The position numbers and the translations under genes are program-made. The notes beneath the pieces were generated by a model. That model was not told the DNA's origin. It saw nothing but the letters and a program-made list of their open reading frames with translations, and did not search any database. Shown one piece after another: positions 27,106 to 36,860 of a DNA stretch of 46,831 nucleotides; position 1 is the first letter of the stretch, and each line of letters begins with the position of its first letter. Source of the stretch: Gemmatimonadota bacterium (GTDB taxonomy: Bacteria; Gemmatimonadota; Gemmatimonadetes; Gemmatimonadales; GWC2-71-9); assembly GCA_036679545.1 (NCBI GenBank), contig JAZDDD010000466.1:1-46831 (forward strand), written 5' to 3'.

Positions 27106-28113
27106 TTACTGGAAAAAGCCAAGATACTCGAGGGCCGAGCGGCCAGCAACGACGTGGTCCTGACCCATCACATCCGTAAGGGCCGGTTTGAGGTCCTCCG
27201 GCCAATCGGCGCGGCAGTCAATCACCTCACCGGATACCGGATGATTGAATCGGAGCGCTGCGGCGTGGAGGGCCTGACGTGGCGTTTTGGCTTCCATGCG
27301 CGTGGCAGCGACTCGTCGCGCCGGTCCGACACGGCGGGCGCCACCACCCCCGTAAACCGGATCGCCCACAACGGGATGACCCACATGCGCGAGGTGGACA
27401 CGGATTTGATGGGTACGACCTGTCTCCAACGTCACGCGGAGTAGGTCACAGTCCTCAAATCGTGCGAGCCGATGAATGATGGTCCGGGCCCGCCGACCGG
27501 TCGCGAGGACGGTCATACGTTTTCGATCCGTGGGATGACGCGCAACCGGAGCATCAATCGTTGCCTCGTCATGTTTGAGATGCCCCCAACTCAGGGCCGC
27601 ATAGATGCGTTGGACGTCATGTTTGGCAAGATCCCGGGCCAACCGCTGGTGTGCCTGAGTTGTTTTTGCCACAAGGATGAGGCCGGAGGTATCGCGATCC
27701 AAACGATGAACGATCCCGGGACGTTCAGTTGAGAACTTCGAAAGCTCCGTGCCTCGCGCAACCAGTGCGTTGACAAGTGTGTCATCCCAATGTCCGGGAG
27801 CAGGGTGTACAACCAACCCGGCGGGTTTGTCAATCACCATCAAATGCTCATCTTCGTAAACTACGTCGAGGTCGATTTGCTTGGGTCGCAACTGTCGCAA
27901 GGATGTGGTTTGCGGTGTTGCCACGGACACGGTGTCACCGCGTACCAAACGGCGGCTCGCCCGCCCGACTTCGCCATTAACCGTGACGACGCCTTCCGCG
28001 ACAAGACGACCGGTCTGACTTCGGGAATATTCGAGTTGATCCGCAAGAAACCGATCGAGACGTTCCGTACGGTCAACGGTGACTTGGAACGTCCGTTCCA
28101 CCCCCGTCGACAC
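27106..28113 (-). CDS. rluD: 23S rRNA pseudouridine synthase, RluD/RluA family
   Basis: 335 aa. N-terminal S4 domain (RLDRFLADQL..SRSQTGRLV..G.V.VNG) and catalytic motif HRLDRDTSGLILVAK. Confidence 0.9.
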   Translation of the reverse strand: MSTGVERTFQVTVDRTERLDRFLADQLEYSRSQTGRLVAEGVVTVNGEVGRASRRLVRGDTVSVATPQTTSLRQLRPKQIDLDVVYEDEHLMVIDKPAGLVVHPAPGHWDDTLVNALVARGTELSKFSTERPGIVHRLDRDTSGLILVAKTTQAHQRLARDLAKHDVQRIYAALSWGHLKHDEATIDAPVARHPTDRKRMTVLATGRRARTIIHRLARFEDCDLLRVTLETGRTHQIRVHLAHVGHPVVGDPVYGGGGARRVGPARRVAATRMEAKTPRQALHAAALRFNHPVSGEVIDCRADWPEDLKPALTDVMGQDHVVAGRSALEYLGFFQ

Positions 28114-28119
28114 GTTTAC

Positions 28120-28629
28120 CTAACGCGCCGCGCGTGCGGTGTCCGAAACCCCGTGGCTGTCGTCATTCCAAAGGATGACGGCAAGGGTGACTGCGCCGCA
28201 ACTCACGGCAACATCGGCGACGTTGAACGTCGGCCACCGATACGCACCAACACCGACGTCGATGAAATCCACGACACCACGAGCACTGCGAACACGATCG
28301 ACAAGATTGCCCACAGCACCGCCACACACCAGTCCAAGGGAGAACAAACGCAGTTTTTCTACAGGTGGGGTCTGTACCATCATGGCACCAAGCACAACAA
28401 GCGCCACAACCGCCAACACACCAAATACCAATCGTGACTGCGGACCTATGTGAATACCAAAGGCCGCGCCGGTGTTGTAAACCAGCTGGAGCGTCACCCA
28501 ATCACCTACCACGGGGATCGGGAAACGAGTGAGTTTGGCAACGGCAATTGCCTTGGTCACGAAATCAACAGCAACGACGGTGGCCAAGACATACCAGAAG
28601 ATGCGTCGGTTACCGACGCTGTTTGGCAT
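28120..28629 (-). CDS. lspA: lipoprotein signal peptidase II
   Basis: From ATG 28629 (169 aa): 4 TM helices, motifs NTGAAFG, GGAVGNLVDR, VVDFIDV and FNVADV. The longer ORF to 28767 overlaps the upstream zinc-finger gene. Confidence 0.9.
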   Translation of the reverse strand: MPNSVGNRRIFWYVLATVVAVDFVTKAIAVAKLTRFPIPVVGDWVTLQLVYNTGAAFGIHIGPQSRLVFGVLAVVALVVLGAMMVQTPPVEKLRLFSLGLVCGGAVGNLVDRVRSARGVVDFIDVGVGAYRWPTFNVADVAVSCGAVTLAVILWNDDSHGVSDTARAAR

Positions 28630-28996
28630 CTTCTTCCTTGGCCTTGCACTTAATGCAAAGACGGGCGTGAGGCAGCGCGTCCAGCCGATCGAAATCGATG
28701 GCATCCTCACACTCGTGACATTTTCCGAAGTCTTTGGGTTTTTTGTACAAGCGACGCAAGGCTTCATTCACATGCCAGAGGTATCGGCCCTCTTGCGACG
28801 CAAACAGGAACTGTTTTTCCCGTTCCATGGCGTCCGTGCCCTGGTCGGCCATATGAAATGAGTATGACGACAGGTCGCCATCGGCGCCCTGCAACGTGGA
28901 CGCGAACTGTTTGTCGTAATGACCGAGTTCTTTCATGACCCGAGCACGCTCCTCGAGCAATCTCTTTTCAAGGTGGGTCAGTTGCTTTTTGTTCAT
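28610..28996 (-). CDS. DksA/TraR-family C4 zinc-finger protein (YlyA-like position)
   Basis: 128 aa with CHECEDAIDFDRLDALPHARLCIKCK (CxxC-17-CxxC) after a coiled-coil region. Sits between ileS and lspA, like B. subtilis ylyA. Confidence 0.8.
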   Translation of the reverse strand: MNKKQLTHLEKRLLEERARVMKELGHYDKQFASTLQGADGDLSSYSFHMADQGTDAMEREKQFLFASQEGRYLWHVNEALRRLYKKPKDFGKCHECEDAIDFDRLDALPHARLCIKCKAKEEDAKQRR

Positions 28997-29045
28997 TCGT
29001 CGTCATCCCTGATCGAAGGTCCCATGAGGCCGTCGCGGTTCGTGC

Positions 29046-32000
29046 TCAAAAACGCGCCATCGACACGACGACGGCTTCCCCATCTATCTCCACCGGCCGG
29101 GACACGTCCGCCGCCGGCGCTTCCGTGCCGATATGCAACTGGCGCGCCAATGTCTCACCGGAGATGTAGTCCCTGTGCGCCTCCGCCGCTTCCAACACCA
29201 CGGCCGAGCCCGTCAGTCCCAGTGTGATACGTGTCGTGAACGTGTACCCCGCTTCTTTGCGGAGTTTTTGCACTCGGTTCACGACCTCTCTTGCCAAGCC
29301 TTCCATCCGGAGGCCAGTCGAAATGGCCGGATTGAGGGCGATGACAAAAGGCCCTTCGCTTTGCACGACCCAATCCGTCTTTACGTGCCGCACCACCACA
29401 ATATCCTCAGGCCTGTATGCAATCCGCGTTCCGTCAAGTTCAACTGTCGTGGATTGGCCTTCTTCTAACCCGCGCAACTGCTCTGCCGTGAGGTTTTTGG
29501 CCGCGGCCGCCACAGCAGGAGTCTTCGACCCGTACACCTTGCCCAGGGATCGGAAGTTTGGCTTTGCGGCAAGCGAGACAAGATCGGCATCGGACTCGAC
29601 GACTTCGATCTCTTTGACGTTTACCTCACGTCGCAGCAGGTCGAGACACGCGTCCAGATCCCGCCCGCGATACGAGGCTGGAACCGCAACACGCATGGCT
29701 GCCAAAGGCTGGCGACCGCGGATACTGGCCGACTCTCTGGCGGTTCGCGCCAAACCAACGAGCTTGCGCGCAACGGCCATGGAATCGTTCAACACCGGGT
29801 CCAAACGTCCTGTGGTTGTCGGAAAACCAGCCAAATGGACAGACTTCCCCGTGAGGCGACGGTGGATCACATCAGCCATGAACGGCGCCACCGGCGCCAA
29901 GAGACGAGCGAAGGTAACCAGCGTTTCGAACAGGGTGTCCAGGGCTTCGGGATCCGCGCTACTGTCGGGCGCCCAGAACCGGGTTCGATTCAAACGCACG
30001 TACCAGTTCGAAAGATCTACATCGCAGAACTCAATCAGCTTGCGGACACCAGTCCGCACATCATAACCGGCCCATGCTTCATGCACGTCGCCAACCAGTT
30101 GGTCCAACCGGCTGAGTAACCATCGATCGACAAACTGCGAGCGTGTGGCGCGCTCTCCGGCTATGGGTTCCCAATCCTGCGCGTAGTTGGCAAAGAAGTT
30201 GAAGACGTTCTTCAACTGGTTCAGGAAACCGACAGCCACCTCGGGAATTGCATTTTTGTCAAAACGCTTCGGTAGCCCCACCTGACCCGACCCCACCAGA
30301 TACAATCGCAAGGCATCAGCACCAAACTCTTCAATTGCACCCCATGGATCGACGACGTTGCCCACGTGTTTCGACATTTTCTGGCCGGCGGCATCGAGCA
30401 GCAAGCCGTTCACGATCACGTTGCGATACGCGGATCGATCGAGGACACCGGCTGCGATGGCAATCAGCGAATAAAACCAACCCCGCGTCTGATCGAGCGC
30501 CTCGCATATGTAATCTGCGGGGAAATGTGTGTTGAATTCATCTTTGTTTTCGAATGGGTAATGCCATTGTGCAAACGGCATGGCGCCGGAGTCGAACCAT
30601 GCGTCAATGACTTCAGGCACCCGCCGCATTTTTCCGGAGCATTGATCGCAGTCTAACAATACGTCGTCAATGAACGGGCGGTGTGGGTCGAATTCCTTGT
30701 CGATCTGCTGACCGGACTTCTCCGCAAGCATTTCGAAGGAACCGATAACGGTTTTGTGTTCGTGATCTTCCTGGCACACCCAAACGGGAAGGGGTGTCCC
30801 CCAATACCGGTCCCTCGACAACGCCCAATCAACATTGTTCTCGAGCCATTCACCAAACCGCCCTTCGCCCACTTCGGGCGGTTGCCAATGCACCTCTTTG
30901 TTGAAGGCAACCATCTGCTCACGGAACGCGGTGGTCCGAACGAACCATGACCGACGAGCATAGTAGATGAGTGGCGAATGACAACGCCAACAAAAGGGGT
31001 AGGTGTGCTCGTACCCTTTTGGTTGATACTTCCCAAAGAGTTTACCCTCGTGTTCCAAACGCTCGGCAATGACTGGGTTGGCTTCAAAAACGGTCTTACC
31101 GTTAATCTTGTCCCAAGCCGTCTTGGCAAACCGACCATCCTCATCCACAGGATTGACAAAGGCCATACCTTCGCGTCGAATCACATCATAATCATCCGCG
31201 CCAAATGCCGGTGCCAGGTGTACGAGTCCGGTGCCGTCCTCGCGTGTCACAAAGTCGCCGGCCACAACGCGAAACGCAGAATCCTTCGGTACATCGACGG
31301 CGTCGAGTAACTGCGCGTACTTCCAACCAATCAACTCACGGCCGGACCAGACTCGAACGACCGGACGACTTCCCAGCGGTTCACCATCCAGCACACCCGG
31401 TACCGTTTTCGATTCCGCAATGGTGCGCTCGACGATGAGTCCCGTACCGTCAACATCGAGTTCCACGTATTCGAAATCGGGATTGACCGCAATAGCAATG
31501 TTTGACGGAAGGGTCCAAGGCGTCGTGGTCCAGACCAACAGTGCACGACTGACATTTTCCCCAACCGGAGAGATGATCGGAAATTTTACATGAATTGAAG
31601 GGCTGCGGTGATCTGCGTAACCCTGCGCAAGTTCATGGCTCGACAACGCGGTGCCGCACCGCGAGCAGTACGGCAGGACTTTGCGCCCTTCGTACAGGAA
31701 ACCTTTTTTCCACAGTTCCGCTAACAACCACCAGACAGACTCGATGTAGTCGTTGGTATAGGTGACGTACGGACGATCGTAATCGAGCCAATACGCAGTA
31801 CGGTTCGAAAGCGCCTCCCAATCTGCCTTGTACCGAAGAACACTTTCGCGACACCGTCTGTTGAATTCGGCAATGCCCAGCGCTTCGATATCGGCCTTGC
31901 CACTGATGCCGAGTTCCTTCTCGACCGAGATCTCCACCGGCAGGCCGTGGGTATCCCAACCAGCGATACGCGTAACCTGTCGCCCGCACATAGTCCGATA

Positions 32001-32210
32001 CCGGCAAATGAGATCCTTGATGGTTCGGGAAAACACATGGTGAATACCGGGTTTCCCATTTGCCGTTGGAGGGCCTTCGTAAAACACAAAAGGCTCTCCA
32101 TCGGCCGTTGCGCGCACGGTCTGATGGAACAGACCCTCGTCCTCCCACTGTTGCAATGTCTCCTTTTCGAGTGAGTTTGCGTCGATCAAAGGAATAGGTT
32201 CGTATGTCAT
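29046..32210 (-). CDS. ileS: isoleucine--tRNA ligase, type 2 (eukaryote-like) form
   Basis: 1054 aa. FYEGPPTANGKPGIHHVFSRTIKD (type-2 HIGH region), KMSKHVGNVV and a CP1 editing insert. No C-terminal zinc-finger of type 1. Confidence 0.95.
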   Translation of the reverse strand: MTYEPIPLIDANSLEKETLQQWEDEGLFHQTVRATADGEPFVFYEGPPTANGKPGIHHVFSRTIKDLICRYRTMCGRQVTRIAGWDTHGLPVEISVEKELGISGKADIEALGIAEFNRRCRESVLRYKADWEALSNRTAYWLDYDRPYVTYTNDYIESVWWLLAELWKKGFLYEGRKVLPYCSRCGTALSSHELAQGYADHRSPSIHVKFPIISPVGENVSRALLVWTTTPWTLPSNIAIAVNPDFEYVELDVDGTGLIVERTIAESKTVPGVLDGEPLGSRPVVRVWSGRELIGWKYAQLLDAVDVPKDSAFRVVAGDFVTREDGTGLVHLAPAFGADDYDVIRREGMAFVNPVDEDGRFAKTAWDKINGKTVFEANPVIAERLEHEGKLFGKYQPKGYEHTYPFCWRCHSPLIYYARRSWFVRTTAFREQMVAFNKEVHWQPPEVGEGRFGEWLENNVDWALSRDRYWGTPLPVWVCQEDHEHKTVIGSFEMLAEKSGQQIDKEFDPHRPFIDDVLLDCDQCSGKMRRVPEVIDAWFDSGAMPFAQWHYPFENKDEFNTHFPADYICEALDQTRGWFYSLIAIAAGVLDRSAYRNVIVNGLLLDAAGQKMSKHVGNVVDPWGAIEEFGADALRLYLVGSGQVGLPKRFDKNAIPEVAVGFLNQLKNVFNFFANYAQDWEPIAGERATRSQFVDRWLLSRLDQLVGDVHEAWAGYDVRTGVRKLIEFCDVDLSNWYVRLNRTRFWAPDSSADPEALDTLFETLVTFARLLAPVAPFMADVIHRRLTGKSVHLAGFPTTTGRLDPVLNDSMAVARKLVGLARTARESASIRGRQPLAAMRVAVPASYRGRDLDACLDLLRREVNVKEIEVVESDADLVSLAAKPNFRSLGKVYGSKTPAVAAAAKNLTAEQLRGLEEGQSTTVELDGTRIAYRPEDIVVVRHVKTDWVVQSEGPFVIALNPAISTGLRMEGLAREVVNRVQKLRKEAGYTFTTRITLGLTGSAVVLEAAEAHRDYISGETLARQLHIGTEAPAADVSRPVEIDGEAVVVSMARF

Positions 32211-33032
32211 TCAGGGAAGCTGCTCTAACACTGACGCTATCAAGGACGTGAGTTGTGGCTCCGCTTTGGCCGCGGTGGCAATGATTCTCTCAATGTCCAC
32301 CGGTTCGAGCGCATCCGGCAGGCAAGCGTCCGTGATAAGAGAAATACCAAGCACACGCATGCCCGCATGTATTGCAGCGATGACTTCCGGAACGGTTGAC
32401 ATGCCAACCACGTCCGCCCCTATGCCACGCAGAAATCTGTATTCGGCGGGGGTTTCTAAGTTGGGACCGGTGACCGCTACGTACACACCCTCGTGCAGGA
32501 CGATGGCATCTCGACGGGCGGTGGCTTTGGCCACGGACCGCAGTTCGACATCATACGGTTCGGACATATCAGGGAAACGTGGACCGATGGTTTCGTCATT
32601 GGGGCCGATCAACGGACTGTCGCCAAGCAAATTGATGTGGTCAGCAATGAGCATCAACTCACCCGGTTGCCACAACGGATTCATACCACCACAGGCATTG
32701 GACACGATGAGGGTCTTTGCACCGAGCGCGCGCATGACACGAATGGGAAACACGATCTGTTGCATCGAATAACCTTCGTATCGATGGAACCGACCCTGCA
32801 TGGCCACAACTTTTTTCCCACCCAACAAACCAAACAAAAGCCTACCGGCGTGACTTTCGACGGTCGAGAGCGGGAAACCTGGCACTTGGTCGTACGGAAT
32901 TTCCGCGACCGTATCAATCTCATCGACGAGCCCACCCAGTCCGGTCCCCAGCACAATGCCGAAGTGAGGAACCCAATCTGTTTGACTTCGTATGGCGTCT
33001 GTTGCGTTTTTGATTTCTTCGGCGAGTGTCAT
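32211..33032 (-). CDS. punA: purine nucleoside phosphorylase (trimeric PunA type)
   Basis: 273 aa: GIVLGTGLGGL, GRFHRYEGY, NACGG, VGMSTVPE motifs. Abuts the ileS start. Confidence 0.88.
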   Translation of the reverse strand: MTLAEEIKNATDAIRSQTDWVPHFGIVLGTGLGGLVDEIDTVAEIPYDQVPGFPLSTVESHAGRLLFGLLGGKKVVAMQGRFHRYEGYSMQQIVFPIRVMRALGAKTLIVSNACGGMNPLWQPGELMLIADHINLLGDSPLIGPNDETIGPRFPDMSEPYDVELRSVAKATARRDAIVLHEGVYVAVTGPNLETPAEYRFLRGIGADVVGMSTVPEVIAAIHAGMRVLGISLITDACLPDALEPVDIERIIATAAKAEPQLTSLIASVLEQLP

Positions 33033-33035
33033 CCG

Positions 33036-33536
33036 TCAGCCACGGTTCTCGGCGTCCGGTTTACCATCATGCTCCTGGGACGCCAACGCATCGATCTCGG
33101 CAAGATTCCGTTCCAGTAGCGATCGAAACGCCACCAGATACCCATCGAATTGACGTTTTGCGTTGGCATGATCACGCCTTACGTTCAACTCCTGTTGACT
33201 CGCTTCGCTCAAAAGACGTTCCGCCTCAGCACGCGCATTGCGCACAATCTCCTCACCCTGCTTAGAGGCGTCCGCCTTCGCATCTTGGCGCAGCTGCTGC
33301 GCAGTCACAAGCGCTTCGTTCATTGCCTTGTCGCGCTCCCGAAACGCCTTGAGTTGCTCTCGCAGGTTGAACACCCGTTCGTCGAGCGTCGCGCGATCAC
33401 GCAACAAGCGCTCCATTTCATCCGCGATCTGATTGCGAAACTCCTCCACCGTCGCTGGCTCGTAGCCACGAAACATCACTCGGAACTCATGGTTCCGAAT
33501 GTCAACGGGGGTCAACCTAAATTCATCATCCGTCAT
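33036..33536 (-). CDS. divIVA: DivIVA-domain protein
   Basis: 166 aa. N-terminus LTPVDIRNHEFRVMFRGYEPATVEEFRNQIADEMERL is the DivIVA lipid-binding/coiled-coil signature. The rest is coiled coil. Confidence 0.88.
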   Translation of the reverse strand: MTDDEFRLTPVDIRNHEFRVMFRGYEPATVEEFRNQIADEMERLLRDRATLDERVFNLREQLKAFRERDKAMNEALVTAQQLRQDAKADASKQGEEIVRNARAEAERLLSEASQQELNVRRDHANAKRQFDGYLVAFRSLLERNLAEIDALASQEHDGKPDAENRG

Positions 33537-34237
33537 GATCGACGCTCTCCAAACAACACGGTCCCCAGTCGGACCATGGTTGCACCCTCGGCCACCGCCG
33601 CTTCGTAATCACCCGACATACCCATCGACAGTTCGGGCACCCGAAAACCCTTTGACTGCAAACCGTCTCGTAAATCGCGTAGCCTCGAAAAAACCGAACG
33701 CTGCGCACTTTCATCTTGAGTCTGTGGCGCCATTGTCATCAGTCCGTCCAGTTGAAGATGTTGGCTTTGGTTGACATCATCAGCTAACGCCACGAGGTCG
33801 TCCGGGCTGCAACCGCTCTTCTGCTGCTCGCCGGCAACGTTGACCTGAATCAGGACTCGCAACGTGTTGTCATCGCCCGCCGTCTTCCGTGTTCCCCAAG
33901 CACCGTCCAATGCACGAACCAATTTTCCGGAATCTACCGAATGTACTATGCTGAACGTGCCCGGAATGTACTTGGCTTTGTTCGTTTGTAAGTGACCAAT
34001 CAGATGCCATTTGACGGGTTGGTCCCCCACTTCCGCTTTCTTGGACACACCCTCCTGCACCCGATTTTCACCAACATCGGTCGCTCCAGCATGTACGGCT
34101 GCGGCAACCGCGGCGGCGGTGTGACCTTTGGTCACCGCAATGACCGTAACACGATCAACCAATCCCTCACGGGCCTGGATGCGGGCAATGCCCTCTTGTA
34201 CGTGTGCGAGGTTGTCTCGCACCGTCTCAAAGTCCAT
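33533..34237 (-). CDS. yggS: YggS/YlmE-family pyridoxal-phosphate homeostasis protein
   Basis: 234 aa: VTVIAVTKGH (PLP lysine), GENRVQE, WHLIGHLQTNK, LSMGMSGDYE, G.TMVRLGT.LFG. Confidence 0.9.
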   Translation of the reverse strand: MDFETVRDNLAHVQEGIARIQAREGLVDRVTVIAVTKGHTAAAVAAAVHAGATDVGENRVQEGVSKKAEVGDQPVKWHLIGHLQTNKAKYIPGTFSIVHSVDSGKLVRALDGAWGTRKTAGDDNTLRVLIQVNVAGEQQKSGCSPDDLVALADDVNQSQHLQLDGLMTMAPQTQDESAQRSVFSRLRDLRDGLQSKGFRVPELSMGMSGDYEAAVAEGATMVRLGTVLFGERRS

Positions 34238-34286
34238 AGCCCTGGAAAGTAAATGTGGGCCGACAGGCGTTCAACCAGAGGTTGTG

Positions 34287-36707
34287 TTACGGACTCCCGT
34301 TTCCATCCGTTGTGGAGTCGGGCAATACCTCGGGCACGTCCCCGATCAGCACGGCCGTCTCTGCCTGATCGAGTAAGCGGCGCACCTCAGCGCTTGGGGT
34401 GAGCTGATACACCATTCGGAGGTTTCGCAACGCGTTCTCGTCATCGCCCAAGGCGTCGTAGGCGCGAAAGAGGGTGAGATAGGGAAGACTGAGGTTGGAT
34501 GTGATGTTTCGATTGGTTGGATCAAGTTCCAACGTATCCGCATCCAATAGCCCGGCATACCGGTAAATATTCCAAACCAGCGAATCGGTACGTGGTAAGT
34601 CCACGGGTATACCCAAAATACCCTGGCCCAACCGAGACAACGGCGGGGGTTCATTTGGATAGAGCTTCACCGCAAGCCCTTCCTGCACGAGGTACTGATC
34701 CATGTTGAGCCAGTTGCCACTACCGGCCGTCGTCGAGAAGTAGATCGGCCGATTGTGCGCGTTTTCTGCGATCAACCGTAGGATCAAGAAGTCCTTCACA
34801 TAAATGGGTTGTCCAGCCGGAATGACGAGGTCGATCTGTGTTCCGGCCGGGGCAAATCGTAGATCTTGGCCCAGCACCTGCGGCCGAACCTGTGCGATGT
34901 CTTCATCAGGCAACGTATGCAGCGGTGGTGGCGGCGTTTCCGGCGCCAAATGGGCGTACCACGGCGCCTGTTCGGGATCGAACGGCCGCACAGGGTTGTC
35001 TCTCAATTGTCTGATGTACCAATCAGTATTGCCCAACGAGAGATTCACCACGGCTACGTCCTGGCGAATTTCTTCGACTTCCTGAAGATACCAGAGCGGA
35101 AACGTATCGTTATCGCCGTTGGTGAACACGATACCGTACGGTTCGATTGTCTGCAGCAAATCGTAGGAAAAATCGAGCGCAAGACCCGTTTCCGGGCCGT
35201 GCCCACGACTGGCTGCCTTGAAGTTCAACACAAAGGGCATCAACGCAATCACAAACACCGGTGACGCCATACGGGTTGCGCGTTGCACGGCTCCCCCGGT
35301 CGCGGTCACGTAGTCACGAACGATCCGATACAAACCCGCGAGGCCAATACCGCAAAACAGTCCCCAGGTTTGAAACGAGATGAGGAAGAAATAATCACGT
35401 TCGCGTACTTCGTGTTGTGAGATGTCAGGAAATTTATCGAACCCGAGCGAAAATCCAGGTCTAAAATTCATGTACGCCACAAGCCCGGGACCAGTGATCA
35501 GAAAAGTCAGCGCCAACAACCAGAAAACCGACCGATCTTTGTTGTACAGGACCCTCAGACCTAGAATGCCGAGTGAAGTAAACAGTAAGGTGAACGGCAA
35601 GCGGATGAAATCAAAAATGGGCTTGGTTGGTGCAAGACCATTTGACCATTGCCAGTCGAAATACTGGAGATAGTTGAGTACCTGAAGCCCAATGATGGTA
35701 AGTGATCGACCCGGATTGTCGAATCCGGATGGGAAGATCGGATTGTCAAGCGGCGATCGCGGCGGATATTGCTCCCGTCTGATTACGGCAAGGAGAGACT
35801 CCCACGTCGATGGATCCGCCTCATTGATAATGGGGTTCAAACCCGCGCGGATGTAGAGAAAGAGGTAGGTGGAAACACCAACGACGGAGATCAACAAAAC
35901 GGCGACTGGAAACCGAACATGACCAGTTGCGACGGAGTAGATCGCCGCCGCGGCAAAAGCCAAACCTCCCATGACCAAGATGGTCTGGCTGCCCAGGCCC
36001 GAGCCAATCAACAGGGCCCATATGCCAGCCACCACCGCCCATTGCGTCCACTCGATGCTTGCTTCCTTTGGATCCTGCTGCGGCTCTGACCTCATCACGT
36101 GCCACATGTAACCCACCAATGCAGGTCCCACGAGCAACGTTAACAAATGATTGCCGATGGAAAACGCAGCCACGTAGACCATGAGCAGAAGCATGTGCGC
36201 AGCACGCGAAGTCCCACGGTAAGATCTCCAAAGCCACGCCAGCCAACAGCACGCAGCGATACTAAACGCCGAGACCATGTAAACCTCGGCCTCGTTGGAG
36301 TTCTGCCACACGGTGAACGCGAACGCCGAGCAAAGGGCCGCCGCCACAGCACCGCCATAGGCGAAGAGGTGATCGCCTTCCTCGGTGACTTTGCTCTTGA
36401 GCGTGTGTAGCACGACCAGAAAGAAAAATGTTGCGGCCGTGGCGCTGAAGACGGCAGACATCAAATTCACGCGATACGAGTACGAGCCAAACGGAATAAT
36501 CTTGGCCCACACGTTTGCCACGAATGTGAAGACGGGTGTTCCCGGTGGATGCGGTATGCCGAGAGTCTTGGACGCAGCGAGGAATTCCCCCGCGTCCCAA
36601 AACGTGACCGTTGGCGCGAGTGTCACGAGATATCCCACGAACACGACGACAAACATGGCCACCGCGGCACGATACTCGGGTTTTTTCCAGAAAGAAACTG
36701 TGTCCAT
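34287..36707 (-). CDS. DUF2723 (TMEM260-like, GT-C fold) polytopic membrane protein, putative glycosyl/mannosyltransferase
   Basis: 806 aa. About 11 N-terminal TM helices with the TFWDAGEFLAASKTLGIPHPPGTP motif characteristic of DUF2723. Large C-terminal soluble domain. Confidence 0.75.
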   Translation of the reverse strand: MDTVSFWKKPEYRAAVAMFVVVFVGYLVTLAPTVTFWDAGEFLAASKTLGIPHPPGTPVFTFVANVWAKIIPFGSYSYRVNLMSAVFSATAATFFFLVVLHTLKSKVTEEGDHLFAYGGAVAAALCSAFAFTVWQNSNEAEVYMVSAFSIAACCWLAWLWRSYRGTSRAAHMLLLMVYVAAFSIGNHLLTLLVGPALVGYMWHVMRSEPQQDPKEASIEWTQWAVVAGIWALLIGSGLGSQTILVMGGLAFAAAAIYSVATGHVRFPVAVLLISVVGVSTYLFLYIRAGLNPIINEADPSTWESLLAVIRREQYPPRSPLDNPIFPSGFDNPGRSLTIIGLQVLNYLQYFDWQWSNGLAPTKPIFDFIRLPFTLLFTSLGILGLRVLYNKDRSVFWLLALTFLITGPGLVAYMNFRPGFSLGFDKFPDISQHEVRERDYFFLISFQTWGLFCGIGLAGLYRIVRDYVTATGGAVQRATRMASPVFVIALMPFVLNFKAASRGHGPETGLALDFSYDLLQTIEPYGIVFTNGDNDTFPLWYLQEVEEIRQDVAVVNLSLGNTDWYIRQLRDNPVRPFDPEQAPWYAHLAPETPPPPLHTLPDEDIAQVRPQVLGQDLRFAPAGTQIDLVIPAGQPIYVKDFLILRLIAENAHNRPIYFSTTAGSGNWLNMDQYLVQEGLAVKLYPNEPPPLSRLGQGILGIPVDLPRTDSLVWNIYRYAGLLDADTLELDPTNRNITSNLSLPYLTLFRAYDALGDDENALRNLRMVYQLTPSAEVRRLLDQAETAVLIGDVPEVLPDSTTDGNGSP

Positions 36708-36741
36708 ACTCGCTTTTGCTTTGGGCGGGCGACTAACAATG

Positions 36742-36848
36742 AACGATTAACGATTTTTGATTTACGATTGGCGAGCGATCAGTGGTGCTGTCTACATATT
36801 ATCACCCTACATCAAATCTGAAATCAAAAGTCGTTAAACATGAATCGC
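36742..36848. promoter_or_regulatory. AT-rich intergenic region with AACGATT repeats and a 13-nt inverted repeat (likely promoter/operator of the DUF2723 gene and/or cdaA terminator region)
   Basis: Tandem AACGATT AACGATT (36742-36755). A third copy, TACGATT, at 36763-36769. AATCG on the other strand at 36843-36847. CGATTTTTGATTT (36751-36763) is the inverted repeat of AAATCAAAAGTCG (36821-36833), with 12 of 13 positions complementary. GC content is visibly far below the flanks. Confidence 0.3.
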
Positions 36849-36860
36849 AAATCACCCCGG

